50,191 nt of DNA from an uncultured Bacilli bacterium (GCA_944372545.1 CALVZO010000025.1:1-50191); one strand, 5' to 3'; positions 1 to 9,927 are shown, counted from the stretch's first letter. Notes: generated by a model from the sequence alone, not told the origin. Numbers and translations are program-made.

Positions 1-722
1 CTTATACTTGTTTGTTCATCACTTGTTTTTGATACACTACTTATTGTTGGTTTTGTTGTATCTAGTATTATTGTATCTGATACTGCACTAGATATATTTC
101 CTGCTGCATCTTTTAAGAATGCATATATTGTTTTTGTTCCATCTGTGCTTGGTAATGTATAACTTGCTGTTACGCTTGTTCCTGATGTATTTACCCAACT
201 GCATGATGCACTACTATTTGTTGTACTTACACAATAACTTGCTATATTTGTATCACTCCAACTCAGGTAAATACTACTACTTGTTGATGTAGCATATGTT
301 GGGTTAGCACTTCCTCCTAAGTAGAAAGTAAATGCTTGCGGTGCTGCACCATCTAAATCAAAATACAAATAACAATATGTTGAAGTTATTGTTTTTACTG
401 AAACTGTCCATGTTTCCTCATTAAATACTAAACTGTTTTCTAAGGTATTACCATTTGCATCTATACAACCACTTCTTGATGCATTATATATATAACTTCC
501 ATCTGTTGGCCATGTATTACTATCTGACTCTGTATATATTCCATCTTTATCTCCGAGCATTATAGCAAAAGTATTTTTATTATTATTTTCTTCTTTTGAA
601 CTTATATTATCTAAAATTGTTTTTCTTCCCGATAGACTTTTCCACATTAAAAATATACTAGATATTTCTACTATAGATAATAAAGTAATAATTGTGATAT
701 AAATAAATTTCCTTTTTGGCAT
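1..722 (-). CDS. Membrane-anchored surface protein with Ig-like repeat region (5' part only; gene runs off the left edge)
   Basis: Absent from the ORF track because the window edge truncates it. My reverse-complement read from ATG 722-720 stays open to base 1. It starts MPKRKFIYITIITLLSIVEISSIFLMW (one N-terminal TM helix), continues through a Ser/Thr/Asn-rich region, and ends ...TKTIYAFLKDAAGNISSAVSDTIILDTTKPTISS, a pattern typical of bacterial Ig-like surface domains. Confidence 0.6.
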   Translation of the reverse strand, partial: MPKRKFIYITIITLLSIVEISSIFLMWKSLSGRKTILDNISSKEENNNKNTFAIMLGDKDGIYTESDSNTWPTDGSYIYNASRSGCIDANGNTLENSLVFNEETWTVSVKTITSTYCYLYFDLDGAAPQAFTFYLGGSANPTYATSTSSSIYLSWSDTNIASYCVSTTNSSASCSWVNTSGTSVTASYTLPSTDGTKTIYAFLKDAAGNISSAVSDTIILDTTKPTISSVSKTSDEQTSI

Positions 723-878
723 ACAGTCACTTTCTTTCTAATTTATTATAGCCTTAATACGGCACCTGTGTCGTTATCTTGAATATAGCAAAAGAAATAG
801 TGGGTGTCAAGATAAAATATCGGCACGAAAGCCGTGGTTAATTAAGTTGATATATGACAAATTGCCGTGGAGGTTATA

Positions 879-1076
879 ATGTTTAAAAGATATCGAAAAT
901 TAAGAAACTATACCCAAGAACAACTAGCAGATTTAACTGGGTTAGATCTTAGAACTATACAAAGAATTGAAAATTATTATAAAACTCCTACTATGGAGTC
1001 ATTTAAAAAGTTAGTAAAAATTTTAAAAATAGAAGATAAAGATATATTGGATTATATAAAAAAAGAAGATAAATAA
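879..1076 (+). CDS. XRE/Cro-family helix-turn-helix transcriptional regulator (65 aa)
   Basis: YTQEQLADLTGLDLRTIQRIE is a classic XRE-type HTH. The track starts at GTG 867, but GGAGG (869-873) sits 5 nt before ATG 879, so 879 is preferred. Confidence 0.75.
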   Translation: MFKRYRKLRNYTQEQLADLTGLDLRTIQRIENYYKTPTMESFKKLVKILKIEDKDILDYIKKEDK

Positions 1077-1164
1077 AAGAAATAGGTAGACATTTATTGA
1101 CAAAAAAAATAATAAACATCTTAATTAATAATGTCTTTTTTGTTATAATTTAATGGGAGTATTT

Positions 1165-1764
1165 ATGAAAAAGACAAAGTTATTTAAAAACAAATTACAA
1201 ATGATTATATATATTACAACGTTTATTATCTGTGTTATTCTTTTTATAATAATTGGGCAAACTGATTTTCATAAAGAAGAATTAAATGATAATCAAAAGA
1301 TAAGTTCCTTATATAATATGGTACCTAGTGATAATTTATATGTATTTAGTAATGCAAGTGATGTTTTAAATATTATTAATGGTAATAGTAGTGGAATTAT
1401 ATTAATGGGTTTTCCTCAAAATGAGTGGACAAATTATTATGCTAATATTCTAAATAAAGCGGCGATGGAATTAAAAGTAGATAAAATATATTATTATGAT
1501 TTTTATAAAGACCGTGATGAGTCTAATGGGACTTATGAAATGATAGTAAATAAGTTAAAAGTATATGTTCAAGTAGATGATGAGGGAACAAAAGATATTC
1601 ATGCGCCGACTGTTTTAATGGTTAAAAATGGGGAAGTTATTGCGTATTTTGATGATACATCAACAATGAAGGGAGAAGTAAAGCCTGAGGATTATTATAA
1701 TGAATATCAAACTACTTTAACTTATGAAATGTTTAAAACTGCAATTAATGAATATATGAAATAA
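1165..1764 (+). CDS. Membrane-anchored hypothetical protein (possible thioredoxin-like fold without CxxC)
   Basis: GGGAG at 1155-1159 precedes ATG 1165 (MKKTKLF...). There is one N-terminal TM helix. The segment GIILMGFPQNEWTNYYANILNKAA...APTVLMVKNGEVI resembles a Trx-fold layout but has no cysteines. Confidence 0.5.
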   Translation: MKKTKLFKNKLQMIIYITTFIICVILFIIIGQTDFHKEELNDNQKISSLYNMVPSDNLYVFSNASDVLNIINGNSSGIILMGFPQNEWTNYYANILNKAAMELKVDKIYYYDFYKDRDESNGTYEMIVNKLKVYVQVDDEGTKDIHAPTVLMVKNGEVIAYFDDTSTMKGEVKPEDYYNEYQTTLTYEMFKTAINEYMK

Positions 1765-1773
1765 GGGGTAATT

Positions 1774-2541
1774 ATGGAAGAAAATTTAAAAAATAAAATA
1801 GGTTTTTTTCTCTTTTTCTTTTTAGTTTTATTTCTTGGTGTAGGAGGTTATTTCTTTACTGATTATATGTTACAAAAAGAAGTATGTAATAAAGAAAATA
1901 AAATAGAAGAAAAGAAAGATTATAGAATCGATAAAGATAAAGACTATATCTATTTTATTAATAGTGAAACAATTAGTGAGGGAGCAGAAATATATTATCA
2001 AGATGTTGTAATTAATTTAAGTACCCAAGAAGTATTAACAGAAACTTTAGAAAAAGAAAATAGAATATATAAAGAAAGTATTAAGTATATAGATGATGAA
2101 GATGTCTATATAATGAGTGAAGATTTAATTAATTATAATAATGATAATATATATTCATTAACATTTAGAGAATATCAAACATATAGTTATGGTGATTATG
2201 TTAGTTTAATAATTAATGATTATAATTATACTTGTTTTGATTTAGTTACTTTTAATAAATCAAAAAGTTATGTATTTGATACAACAAATGGTAATGTAAT
2301 TAATGAAAGTGATTTATTAAATTTATATCATACTAATATAGATAGTATTAAAAGTGATATTAGAGAATATTTAAATAGTAAGCAAGAAATAGTTGATGAA
2401 GAAGAATATTTAAAAATAGATGATACTTTAAATAATTTTACTAATTATGCATTATATATTGATAATGTTGGTAATTTATATATAAGTTTTCTTGTCAAAA
2501 CATCAAAACAAGATTATAATGAAATTATGGAGGTTAATTAA
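1774..2541 (+). CDS. Membrane-anchored hypothetical protein
   Basis: AGGGG RBS before ATG 1774. One N-terminal TM helix (IGFFLFFFLVLFLGVGGYFF). The stop overlaps the frr start (TAATG). No family recognised. Confidence 0.55.
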   Translation: MEENLKNKIGFFLFFFLVLFLGVGGYFFTDYMLQKEVCNKENKIEEKKDYRIDKDKDYIYFINSETISEGAEIYYQDVVINLSTQEVLTETLEKENRIYKESIKYIDDEDVYIMSEDLINYNNDNIYSLTFREYQTYSYGDYVSLIINDYNYTCFDLVTFNKSKSYVFDTTNGNVINESDLLNLYHTNIDSIKSDIREYLNSKQEIVDEEEYLKIDDTLNNFTNYALYIDNVGNLYISFLVKTSKQDYNEIMEVN

Positions 2542-3074
2542 TGAACTTAAATACAGAAGAAAAAATGAAATCAACAATTGAGGCATTAGATAATAAATTA
2601 TTAAGTATAAGGGCAGGAAGAGCAAATGCAGCGATGCTTAATGGAATTATGGTGGAATATTATGGTAGTCCAACGCCATTAAGTAGTGTTGCTAATATTA
2701 CGGTACCGGAAGCAAGAAGTCTTTTTATAAAACCATTTGATCGCAGTGTTTTAAAAAATATTGAAAAAGCCATTAATGAATCAAATATTGGTATTGCTCC
2801 GAATAATAATGGTGAAATGATTATTTTGACAATTCCAGAACTTAATGAAGAGAGAAGAAAAGAATATGTTAAAATGGCTAAATCTATTGGAGAAGAAGCA
2901 AAAGTTTCTTTAAGAAATATTAGACAAGAAGATAATGAAAAGATAAAAAAGAGTGAACTTCCTGAAGATGAAGAGAGATTATATTTAGAAGATGTTCAAG
3001 AATTAGTTAATAAATATAATAAAATCATTGATGAAAAAATTAATGAAAAAGAACAAGAATTAATGCAAATATAG
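2541..3074 (+). CDS. frr: Ribosome recycling factor
   Basis: LSIRAGRANAAMLNGIMVEYYGSPTPLSSVANITVPEARSLFIKPFD...LTIPELNEERRKEYVK matches Frr throughout. GGAGG RBS at 2530-2534. Confidence 0.95.
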   Translation: MNLNTEEKMKSTIEALDNKLLSIRAGRANAAMLNGIMVEYYGSPTPLSSVANITVPEARSLFIKPFDRSVLKNIEKAINESNIGIAPNNNGEMIILTIPELNEERRKEYVKMAKSIGEEAKVSLRNIRQEDNEKIKKSELPEDEERLYLEDVQELVNKYNKIIDEKINEKEQELMQI

Positions 3075-3095
3075 AAGTCCTAAAAAGGGCTTTTT
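3075..3095 (+). terminator. Weak rho-independent terminator after frr
   Basis: AAGTCC-taaaaa-GGGCTT stem (one G-U pair) followed by only TTT. Confidence 0.4.
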
Positions 3096-3110
3096 AAAGT
3101 GCAACATTTT

Positions 3111-3143
3111 AATTTCAAAGTGCAAATATTGCACTTTGAAATT
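3111..3143. repeat. Perfect 15-bp inverted repeat, 3-nt spacer
   Basis: AATTTCAAAGTGCAA-ata-TTGCACTTTGAAATT. A third direct copy of AAAGTGCAA lies at 3096-3104. Confidence 0.9.
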
Positions 3144-3305
3144 GTTTTAAACGGTGATATAGTTGTATATGCTCCGTATGAAACAATTATACTAGCCTTA
3201 CAATATGATTTTGAAAAAGAAAAAGAATTTTCTTATAAAGATTTATCACTAGAAAAAATGGCAAACGTAATGGTGAGTGGGTAATTTTATAAAGAAAAAT
3301 TAAAT

Positions 3306-3327
3306 AGTCCTTAAAGGGGCTTTTTTT
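3306..3327 (+). terminator. Rho-independent terminator (near-duplicate of the one at 3075)
   Basis: AGTCC-ttaaag-GGGCT followed by T7. The stem sequence is nearly the same as in the frr terminator. Confidence 0.55.
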
Positions 3328-3361
3328 ATAAAAAATATAGTTTTACGAAAAAATTGTGAAA

Positions 3362-3389
3362 TTAGCACTCATAACTTGACAAGTGCTAA
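3362..3389. promoter_or_regulatory. CIRCE operator 1 (HrcA binding site), overlaps the -35
   Basis: TTAGCACTC-N10-AAGTGCTAA versus consensus TTAGCACTC-N9-GAGTGCTAA. One arm mismatch and a 10-nt spacer. Confidence 0.75.
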
Positions 3390-3404
3390 GCATAATATTA
3401 TAAT
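3376..3404 (+). promoter_or_regulatory. Sigma-A type promoter of the hrcA operon
   Basis: TTGACA (3376-3381), 17-nt spacer, TATAAT (3399-3404). Confidence 0.8.
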
Positions 3405-3408
3405 GAGA

Positions 3409-3435
3409 TTAGCATTAAAAAAGAAAGAGTGCTAA
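3409..3435. promoter_or_regulatory. CIRCE operator 2
   Basis: TTAGCATTA-N9-GAGTGCTAA. The right arm is perfect and the left arm has 2 mismatches. It lies just downstream of the -10. Confidence 0.75.
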
Positions 3436-3448
3436 AGGTGGTGATAAA

Positions 3449-4462
3449 GTGTTAATGGACGAAAGAAAAAAAGAATTGTTAAAAGAGATAGTAGAGAACT
3501 ATGTAAAGACAGTTAAGCCAGTAGGTAGTAAATCGCTATGTAAAAAGTTAAATTGTTCTAGTGCAACAATTAGAAATGAAATGGCTCTTTTAGAAGATAT
3601 GGGTTATATTGAAAAAAATCATATTTCTAGTGGGAGAATTCCTAGTGAGTTAGGTTATCGTTATTATGTAGAAAATCTAATGCGGCCAAAAGATTTAACT
3701 GGAGAAGACATGTTAAAATTGCAGACTATTGTATCTAATAATGAATTACAAGTAAGTGATGCAGTGACAAAATGTTTAGAAATAATTAGTGATTTAACGA
3801 ATTATACTTCTGTTGTCTTAGGTAAAAATAGTGGTGATAATTTACTTAAACAAGTAAATATAATTGCATTAGATAGTAACCGAGTTGTGGCCATAGTTTG
3901 TACTGATAAAGGCATTGTCGAAAATAAACAATTTACTTTACCAATTAATACTAATCTAAATGAAGTAATTAAAGCAAGTGAAATGATTAATAAATTATTA
4001 ATTGGTACACCAATTAATAAAGTTTCTGAAAAATTAGAGTTTGAAATTAAACCAGTTATATCAAAGAAAATTAAAAATTATGAAACAGTTTATAATATTT
4101 TCTATGATGCGTTCAATGATTTTTTAATGCATAATGGTAATATTCATGTATCGGGAAGAGTTAACTTATTAAAGGAGCCTGAGTATGATAAAAAAGAAGA
4201 TATTAAAAGGTTAGCATCAAAATTAGAAGATGAAGAAATAACTGCCATGCTTAATAGTATTGGTGGTGGTGAAGATTTAAAAATATATATTGGTGAAGAA
4301 AGTAATTTTGATGATACAGTAACAGTAATAAAGAAAAATTATAAAATTGGTGGTGAAGAAGGTACAATTGCGATTATTGGTCCAAAAAGAATGGAATATG
4401 AAAGAGTTGTATCACTTCTTAATTACATGATAGATAAGATAGAGGGACAAAATGGAAGATAA
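3449..4462 (+). CDS. hrcA: Heat-inducible transcription repressor HrcA
   Basis: KPVGSKSLCKKLNCSSATIRNEMALLEDMGYIEKNHISSGRIPSELGYRYYV is the HrcA N-terminal winged helix. The start could be GTG 3449 or ATG 3455 (AGGTGGTG at 3436-3443). Confidence 0.93.
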   Translation: MLMDERKKELLKEIVENYVKTVKPVGSKSLCKKLNCSSATIRNEMALLEDMGYIEKNHISSGRIPSELGYRYYVENLMRPKDLTGEDMLKLQTIVSNNELQVSDAVTKCLEIISDLTNYTSVVLGKNSGDNLLKQVNIIALDSNRVVAIVCTDKGIVENKQFTLPINTNLNEVIKASEMINKLLIGTPINKVSEKLEFEIKPVISKKIKNYETVYNIFYDAFNDFLMHNGNIHVSGRVNLLKEPEYDKKEDIKRLASKLEDEEITAMLNSIGGGEDLKIYIGEESNFDDTVTVIKKNYKIGGEEGTIAIIGPKRMEYERVVSLLNYMIDKIEGQNGR

Positions 4463-5012
4463 AGAAAAAGAAATAAAATGTGAAGAACATAAAGAAAATT
4501 GTGACAAAAAACATTGTAAAGAAAAATGTGAAAAAGATAATTGTCATAAAAAGCATAATAAAGAAGTAGAAAAGTTAAAAAAAGAAAATCAAGAATTAAA
4601 TGAAAAAGTATTAAGAATTTCTGCGGAAATGCAAAATATGAAAAGAAGATACGAAGAAGAAATATCGAGAATATATAGATATGAAGGAGAAAGTTTTATT
4701 AAGAAAACATTAAGTGTGTTAGATAATTTTGAAAGAGCCATAAGTATGGACGATACTAATTTAGAAGATGAAGTATCAAAATTCTTAAGTGGATTTAAAC
4801 TGATATACGGGGAACTTAAAAAGAATCTAAGCGACATTGGTGTTGAAGAAATAAAATGTTTGAATAATCCTTTTAATCCAGAGGCGATGGAAGCCGTTTT
4901 AACCGAGAAAGTAGAAGGTGTAGAAAGCGGTTTAGTCATTGATGTAATGTTAAAAGGTTATAAATATAATGATAAAATTATAAGACCAGCCATGGTCAAG
5001 GTAAGTGAATAG
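4452..5012 (+). CDS. grpE: Nucleotide exchange factor GrpE (with Cys/His-rich N-terminal extension)
   Basis: LRISAEMQNMKRRYEEE...LSVLDNFERAI...PFNPEAMEAV is typical GrpE. It overlaps the hrcA stop. Confidence 0.9.
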   Translation: MEDKEKEIKCEEHKENCDKKHCKEKCEKDNCHKKHNKEVEKLKKENQELNEKVLRISAEMQNMKRRYEEEISRIYRYEGESFIKKTLSVLDNFERAISMDDTNLEDEVSKFLSGFKLIYGELKKNLSDIGVEEIKCLNNPFNPEAMEAVLTEKVEGVESGLVIDVMLKGYKYNDKIIRPAMVKVSE

Positions 5013-5025
5013 GAGATGATTAGAA

Positions 5026-6843
5026 ATGGCAAAAATTATAGGTATAGATTTAGGGACAACAAATAGTTGTGTTGCAGTATTAGAAGGGGGAGAACCAAAA
5101 GTTATTCCTAATAGTGAGGGAAATAGAACAACTCCTTCAGTAGTGGCATTTAAAGGTGATGATGAATTAGTTGGAGAAACTGCAAAAAGACAAGCAGTAA
5201 CTAATGTTAAAAATACTATTTCATCAATTAAGAGAAAAATGGGAACTAGTGAGAAAGTTGATGCTAATGGTAAGAAATATACACCAGAAGAAATTAGTGC
5301 TAAAATACTTTCTAAATTAAAGAAAGATGCTGAAAGCTATTTAGGAGAAAAAGTAACTAAAGCCGTTATTACAGTTCCTGCATATTTTAATGATGCTGAA
5401 AGACAAGCAACTAAAAATGCTGGTAAAATAGCAGGATTAGAAGTAGAAAGAATTATCAATGAACCAACAGCAGCAGCGCTTGCATATGGACTTGATAAAC
5501 AAGATAAATTACAAACTATTTTAGTTTATGACTTAGGTGGAGGTACATTTGATGTATCAATTTTGGAACTTGGTGATGGTGTTTTTGAAGTTAAAGCAAC
5601 AAGTGGTAATAATCGCCTTGGTGGTGATGACTTTGATGAGAGAGTTAGTGACTATATAGTTAGTGAATTTAAAAAAGAACATAATATCGATTTATCTAAA
5701 GATAAAATGGCAATGCAAAGAATTAAAGATGCAGCAGAAAAGGCTAAAAAAGATTTATCTGGTATGACTAATGCGCAAATTAGTTTACCATTTATTGCTC
5801 AAAGTGAAGAAGGTCCATTACATTTAGAAATGACTTTATCTAAGGCTAAATTTGAAGATTTATGTCGTGATTTATTTGATTCTACACTAGAGCCAGTAAG
5901 AAAAGCCTTGAAAGATGCTAAACTTACAAATAAAGATATAGATAAAGTAATTTTAGTTGGTGGATCAACAAGAATTCCTTATATTCAAGAATTAGTTAAG
6001 AAAGAATTAGGTCAAGAACCAAATAAAGGAGTTAACCCTGATGAAGTTGTTGCTATGGGTGCAGCAATTCAAGGTGGTGTTTTAACTGGTGAAGTTGATG
6101 ATATCGTTTTACTTGATGTTACACCATTATCTTTAGGTATTGAAACATTGGGTAATGTTATGACTGTTTTAATTCCAAGAAATACAACTATTCCAACAAG
6201 TAAGAGTCAAGTATTTAGTACTGCTGCAGATAATCAACCAGCGGTTGATATTCATGTATTACAAGGTGAAAGACCTATGGCATCTGATAATAAGACTTTA
6301 GGAAACTTCCAACTTACTAATTTACCTCCAGCAAAAAGAGGTGTGCCACAAATCGAAGTTACATTTGATATTGATGCTAATGGTATTGTTAATGTTAAAG
6401 CAAAAGATTTAGGTACTCAAAAAGAGCAATCAATTACAATTACTGCTAGTACAAATTTATCTGATGAAGAAATCGATAAAATGGTAAAAGAGGCTGAGGC
6501 TAATAAAGAGGCTGATGAAAAGAAAAAAGAAGAAGCAGAAATTAGAAATAATGCTGATTCAATGATTTTCTCAACAGAAAAAGCCATTGAAGATTTAGGT
6601 GATAAAGTTGATGCTTCTGATAAAGAAAAGGCCGAAAAATTAGTTAGTGAATTAAAAGAATTACTAAATGGTAGCGATATTGATAAGATTAAAGAAAAAA
6701 CTGAAGAATTATCAAAAGTTGCTATGGATTTAGCGGCTAAAGTATATCAAAATGTAAAACCAGAAGAAAGTACTGAAAAGGCTAATACTGATAGTAAAGA
6801 TAAAAATGATGATGTTGAAGAAGCATCTTTTGAAGAAAAATAA
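5026..6843 (+). CDS. dnaK: Molecular chaperone DnaK (Hsp70)
   Basis: [26 protein letters not shown] and [11 protein letters not shown] are Hsp70 signatures. AGGAG RBS. Confidence 0.98.
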   Translation: MAKIIGIDLGTTNSCVAVLEGGEPKVIPNSEGNRTTPSVVAFKGDDELVGETAKRQAVTNVKNTISSIKRKMGTSEKVDANGKKYTPEEISAKILSKLKKDAESYLGEKVTKAVITVPAYFNDAERQATKNAGKIAGLEVERIINEPTAAALAYGLDKQDKLQTILVYDLGGGTFDVSILELGDGVFEVKATSGNNRLGGDDFDERVSDYIVSEFKKEHNIDLSKDKMAMQRIKDAAEKAKKDLSGMTNAQISLPFIAQSEEGPLHLEMTLSKAKFEDLCRDLFDSTLEPVRKALKDAKLTNKDIDKVILVGGSTRIPYIQELVKKELGQEPNKGVNPDEVVAMGAAIQGGVLTGEVDDIVLLDVTPLSLGIETLGNVMTVLIPRNTTIPTSKSQVFSTAADNQPAVDIHVLQGERPMASDNKTLGNFQLTNLPPAKRGVPQIEVTFDIDANGIVNVKAKDLGTQKEQSITITASTNLSDEEIDKMVKEAEANKEADEKKKEEAEIRNNADSMIFSTEKAIEDLGDKVDASDKEKAEKLVSELKELLNGSDIDKIKEKTEELSKVAMDLAAKVYQNVKPEESTEKANTDSKDKNDDVEEASFEEK

Positions 6844-6853
6844 AAATAATTAT

Positions 6854-6873
6854 GGCTCTAGTTTGCTAGAGCC
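6854..6873 (+). terminator. Stem-loop after dnaK (partial terminator or processing site)
   Basis: GGCTCTAG-tttg-CTAGAGCC, a perfect 8-bp stem, but with no clean U-tract after it. Confidence 0.35.
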
Positions 6874-6898
6874 TTACATTTAGTTAGAAAGGATTTTT

Positions 6899-8701
6899 AT
6901 GGCAAAGAAAAGAGAAGAATTTAGTAATGAATATAAATGGAACACAAAAGATTTATATGTAAGTGATGAAGAGGCTTTAAAAGATTTAGATAAATTAGAT
7001 AAGGAAATAAAAGAATTTAAAGGTTATGAAAAACATATTTTAGATAGTAATATAACTTTATTAAATTTATTAAAATTAGATAGTAAAGTGTCCCAAAATA
7101 TTGAAAAATTATATATTTATGCTCATATAAATCATGATGCTGATACTAATAATGTTAAATATCAAGAATTATTTGGCAAAGTACAAAATTTATATACTAA
7201 ATATTTAGAAAATACATCTTTTATAGTGCCAGAATTACTAAAAAAAGATTATAAATTAATAGAGAAATACATTAAGGAAAATAAAGAATTAGAAGAATAT
7301 AATCTTGTACTTAAAAATATATATCGAAATAAAAAACATGTTTTAAGTAAAAAAGAAGAAAAGATATTATCTAGTTATGCTAAAGTTTTTTCTCTTCCTG
7401 ATGCCATAATGTCTAGTTTAACAGATAGTGATTTAGTTTTACCAAAAATAAAAGTTGGAAAAGAAAAGTTAGAATTAACTGAAAGTAATTATTCCTTATA
7501 TATTAGAGATAATAATAGAGATATTAGAAAGCAAGCATTTACTAATTTACATGAAACTTATGGTAATTTTAAAAATACTTTAGCAAGAACACTTAGAGGA
7601 GAAGTAGAAAAAAATGTCATAAGTGCGAGTTTAAGAGGATTTAAAAATAGTTTAAACGCTTCTTTGTATCATTCGGAAATAGATACAAATGTCTATCATA
7701 ATTTAATAAAGGGAGTTCATAATAATTTAGATGTTTTATATAAATATTGGGATTTAAAAAAGAAAATATTAAATTTAGATGAATTACATATATATGATAC
7801 ATATACAACAATAGATGCTAAAAATAACAAAAAATATAGTTATGAAGAAGCAGAAAATTTAATATTAGAAGTGGTAAAACCTCTTGGAGATACTTATGTT
7901 ACTGATTTAAAAAAGGCATTTAATGATAAATGGATAGATTCATGTAATAATGAAGGTAAAAGAGGGGGTGCTTATTGTACTTGTGCCTATAATGCTCACC
8001 CTTATGTCTTATTAAGTTATGAAGGGGCTTTAGATGATGTATCGACTCTTGCTCATGAATTAGGACATGCCATGCATTATTATTACGCTTTAAGTAATCA
8101 AAAATATCAAGATTATGGCTATAGTATTTTTGTGGCTGAAGTAGCAAGTCAAGTAAATGAAATATTAATGAGTCGTTATTTACTAGACCATACTAATGAA
8201 AAATCTGAAAAAATTAAAATAATTGATGATTTATTACAAAAATATAAATCAACTATTTTTAGACAAACGATGTTTGCGGAATTTGAATTGTTTATGCATG
8301 AGTATGTAGAAAATGGGGGAATTTTAACTTATCAAAATATGTGTGATAAGTATTATGAATTAAATAAACTTTACTATGGAAATAATGTAGTAGTAGATGA
8401 TTTAATAAAATATGAGTGGGAAAGAATACCTCATTTCTATATGAATTTTTATGTTTATCAATACGCAATTGGCTTTGCAGCAGCAATAAAACTTGCTAAT
8501 AAAATCTATGAAGGCGATAAAGTTACGCGTGATAAATATTTAGAATTTTTAAAATTAGGTTCAACTAAAAATCCAATTGATTCTCTATTAGTTGCAGGTG
8601 TTGATATGAAAGATGTTCAAGTTTTAGATGATGCAATTAGTTTTATGAGTGATTTAATTAAAGAGTATGAATTGTTAATAGGAAGTGAAGAAAATGAATA
8701 A
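6899..8701 (+). CDS. pepF: Oligoendopeptidase F (M3B family)
   Basis: 600 aa with an HELGH zinc motif ([13 protein letters not shown]) and the overall M3B layout. It sits between dnaK and dnaJ. Confidence 0.85.
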   Translation: MAKKREEFSNEYKWNTKDLYVSDEEALKDLDKLDKEIKEFKGYEKHILDSNITLLNLLKLDSKVSQNIEKLYIYAHINHDADTNNVKYQELFGKVQNLYTKYLENTSFIVPELLKKDYKLIEKYIKENKELEEYNLVLKNIYRNKKHVLSKKEEKILSSYAKVFSLPDAIMSSLTDSDLVLPKIKVGKEKLELTESNYSLYIRDNNRDIRKQAFTNLHETYGNFKNTLARTLRGEVEKNVISASLRGFKNSLNASLYHSEIDTNVYHNLIKGVHNNLDVLYKYWDLKKKILNLDELHIYDTYTTIDAKNNKKYSYEEAENLILEVVKPLGDTYVTDLKKAFNDKWIDSCNNEGKRGGAYCTCAYNAHPYVLLSYEGALDDVSTLAHELGHAMHYYYALSNQKYQDYGYSIFVAEVASQVNEILMSRYLLDHTNEKSEKIKIIDDLLQKYKSTIFRQTMFAEFELFMHEYVENGGILTYQNMCDKYYELNKLYYGNNVVVDDLIKYEWERIPHFYMNFYVYQYAIGFAAAIKLANKIYEGDKVTRDKYLEFLKLGSTKNPIDSLLVAGVDMKDVQVLDDAISFMSDLIKEYELLIGSEENE

Positions 8702-9812
8702 TAAAAGAGATTATTACGAAATTTTAGGAGTTTCAAAAAACGCAAGTGATGAAGAAATTAAAAGAGCTTTTCGCCTTCTTGCTAAAAAATATCACCCAGA
8801 TGTAAATAAAGAAGAAGGAGCAGCCGAGAAATTCAAAGAAATTGGTGAAGCCTATGCGATATTATCTGATAAAAATAAAAGGAGTCAATATGACCAATTT
8901 GGCCATGCTGCTTTTGATGGGGCTGGGGCAAATCCTGGCTTTGATATGGGTGATATAAATCTTGATGATATTTTATCTAATTTATTTGGTAATAGTTTTG
9001 GCTTTTCTTCATTTTCTTCTTTCGGCGGTAGTAGAAGAAGAAATGCTGCAAGACGTGGCGAAGACATATTAATGCGCATCAATTTAACTTTTGAAGAAGC
9101 CGTTAATGGTTGTAAAAAAGATATTAAAGTAAATGTTACCGAAAATTGCGATAAATGTAATGGTACTGGTGGCTTTGGTGAAGTTATTTGTCATACTTGT
9201 GGAGGAAGAGGAGTAGTTACTGAAGAACAAAGAACAATATTTGGGGTAATGCAAACTCAAAAAACTTGTCCTGAGTGTAAAGGAGAAGGAAAATCATTTA
9301 AAGAAGTTTGTTCTAATTGCAGAGGTGTTGGAAAAGTTACCAAAAATAAAACTCTAACTGTTACTGTTCCGGCGGGTATTGATACAGGTAATCAATTAAG
9401 ATTAAGTGGCAAAGGTGAAGCCGGTACTAATGGTGGACCTAATGGTGATATTTATTTAGAATTCGTAGTGGCAGAGCATAAATATTTTGAAAGATCTAAT
9501 GATGATATTTATTTAGAAGTACCAATTACTATTACTGATGCAATTTTAGGTTGCAAAAAAGAAATTCCAACTTTAACAGGAAGTGGTTTTATTGAAATTA
9601 AGCCGGGTACACAAAATTATACGAAGTTAAAATTAAAAGGAAAAGGTATTAAAGGCGTTAATAGTAAAACTAATGGTGATATGTATGTTGTAGTAAATAT
9701 TTTAATGCCAACTAAATTAACGAGAAAACAAAAATCTTTATTAGAAGAACTTGCAGAAACTGATTTAGAAACAGAGCCAGAATTTAAAGAATTTAAAAAA
9801 TATATAAAATAA
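8694..9812 (+). CDS. dnaJ: Co-chaperone DnaJ
   Basis: J domain (DYYEILGV...KKYHPDVNK), a G/F region, and four CxxCxGxG repeats ([32 protein letters not shown]). ATG 8694 is preferred over GTG 8685. It overlaps the pepF stop. Confidence 0.95.
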   Translation: MNNKRDYYEILGVSKNASDEEIKRAFRLLAKKYHPDVNKEEGAAEKFKEIGEAYAILSDKNKRSQYDQFGHAAFDGAGANPGFDMGDINLDDILSNLFGNSFGFSSFSSFGGSRRRNAARRGEDILMRINLTFEEAVNGCKKDIKVNVTENCDKCNGTGGFGEVICHTCGGRGVVTEEQRTIFGVMQTQKTCPECKGEGKSFKEVCSNCRGVGKVTKNKTLTVTVPAGIDTGNQLRLSGKGEAGTNGGPNGDIYLEFVVAEHKYFERSNDDIYLEVPITITDAILGCKKEIPTLTGSGFIEIKPGTQNYTKLKLKGKGIKGVNSKTNGDMYVVVNILMPTKLTRKQKSLLEELAETDLETEPEFKEFKKYIK

Positions 9813-9815
9813 AAT

Positions 9816-9844
9816 GGGGAATTTTAGGGTAATCCCCTTTTTTT
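9816..9844 (+). terminator. Rho-independent terminator after dnaJ
   Basis: GGGGA...TCCCC stem followed by T7. Confidence 0.55.
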
Positions 9845-9877
9845 ATGCGAAAAAATATAAAAAAAGTCCTTAAAAAA

Positions 9878-9906
9878 TTGACATAAAAAGTTAATTTTAA
9901 TATAAT
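9878..9906 (+). promoter_or_regulatory. Consensus sigma-A promoter
   Basis: TTGACA (9878-9883), 17-nt spacer, TATAAT (9901-9906). Confidence 0.75.
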
Positions 9907-9927
9907 GTTTAATGTAAGGTGATGCTT

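Noticed and set aside
1088-1141. AGACAT...ATGTCT stem plus T-run as a terminator after the XRE gene
   Set aside because: The stem is only 6 bp and the loop is 37 nt, which is too weak to call.
3099-3284. 61-aa ORF from the track (GTG start) between frr and hrcA
   Set aside because: It has no Shine-Dalgarno sequence. The GTG lies 4 nt after the frr terminator, and the ORF runs through the 15-bp palindrome. No motif was recognised. The region is better explained as non-coding (see finding).
4589-4939. 116-aa ORF antisense to grpE
   Set aside because: It lies entirely inside the well-supported grpE gene on the opposite strand. Low-complexity Ser/Leu/Phe content is typical of antisense frames of Lys/Glu-rich genes.
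7920-8486. Two short ORFs (7920-8147, 8292-8486) antisense to pepF
   Set aside because: They are embedded in a confident M3B peptidase gene, with no RBS and no motifs.
8885-9082. 65-aa ORF antisense to dnaJ
   Set aside because: It lies inside the G/F region of dnaJ on the opposite strand and is a composition artefact.
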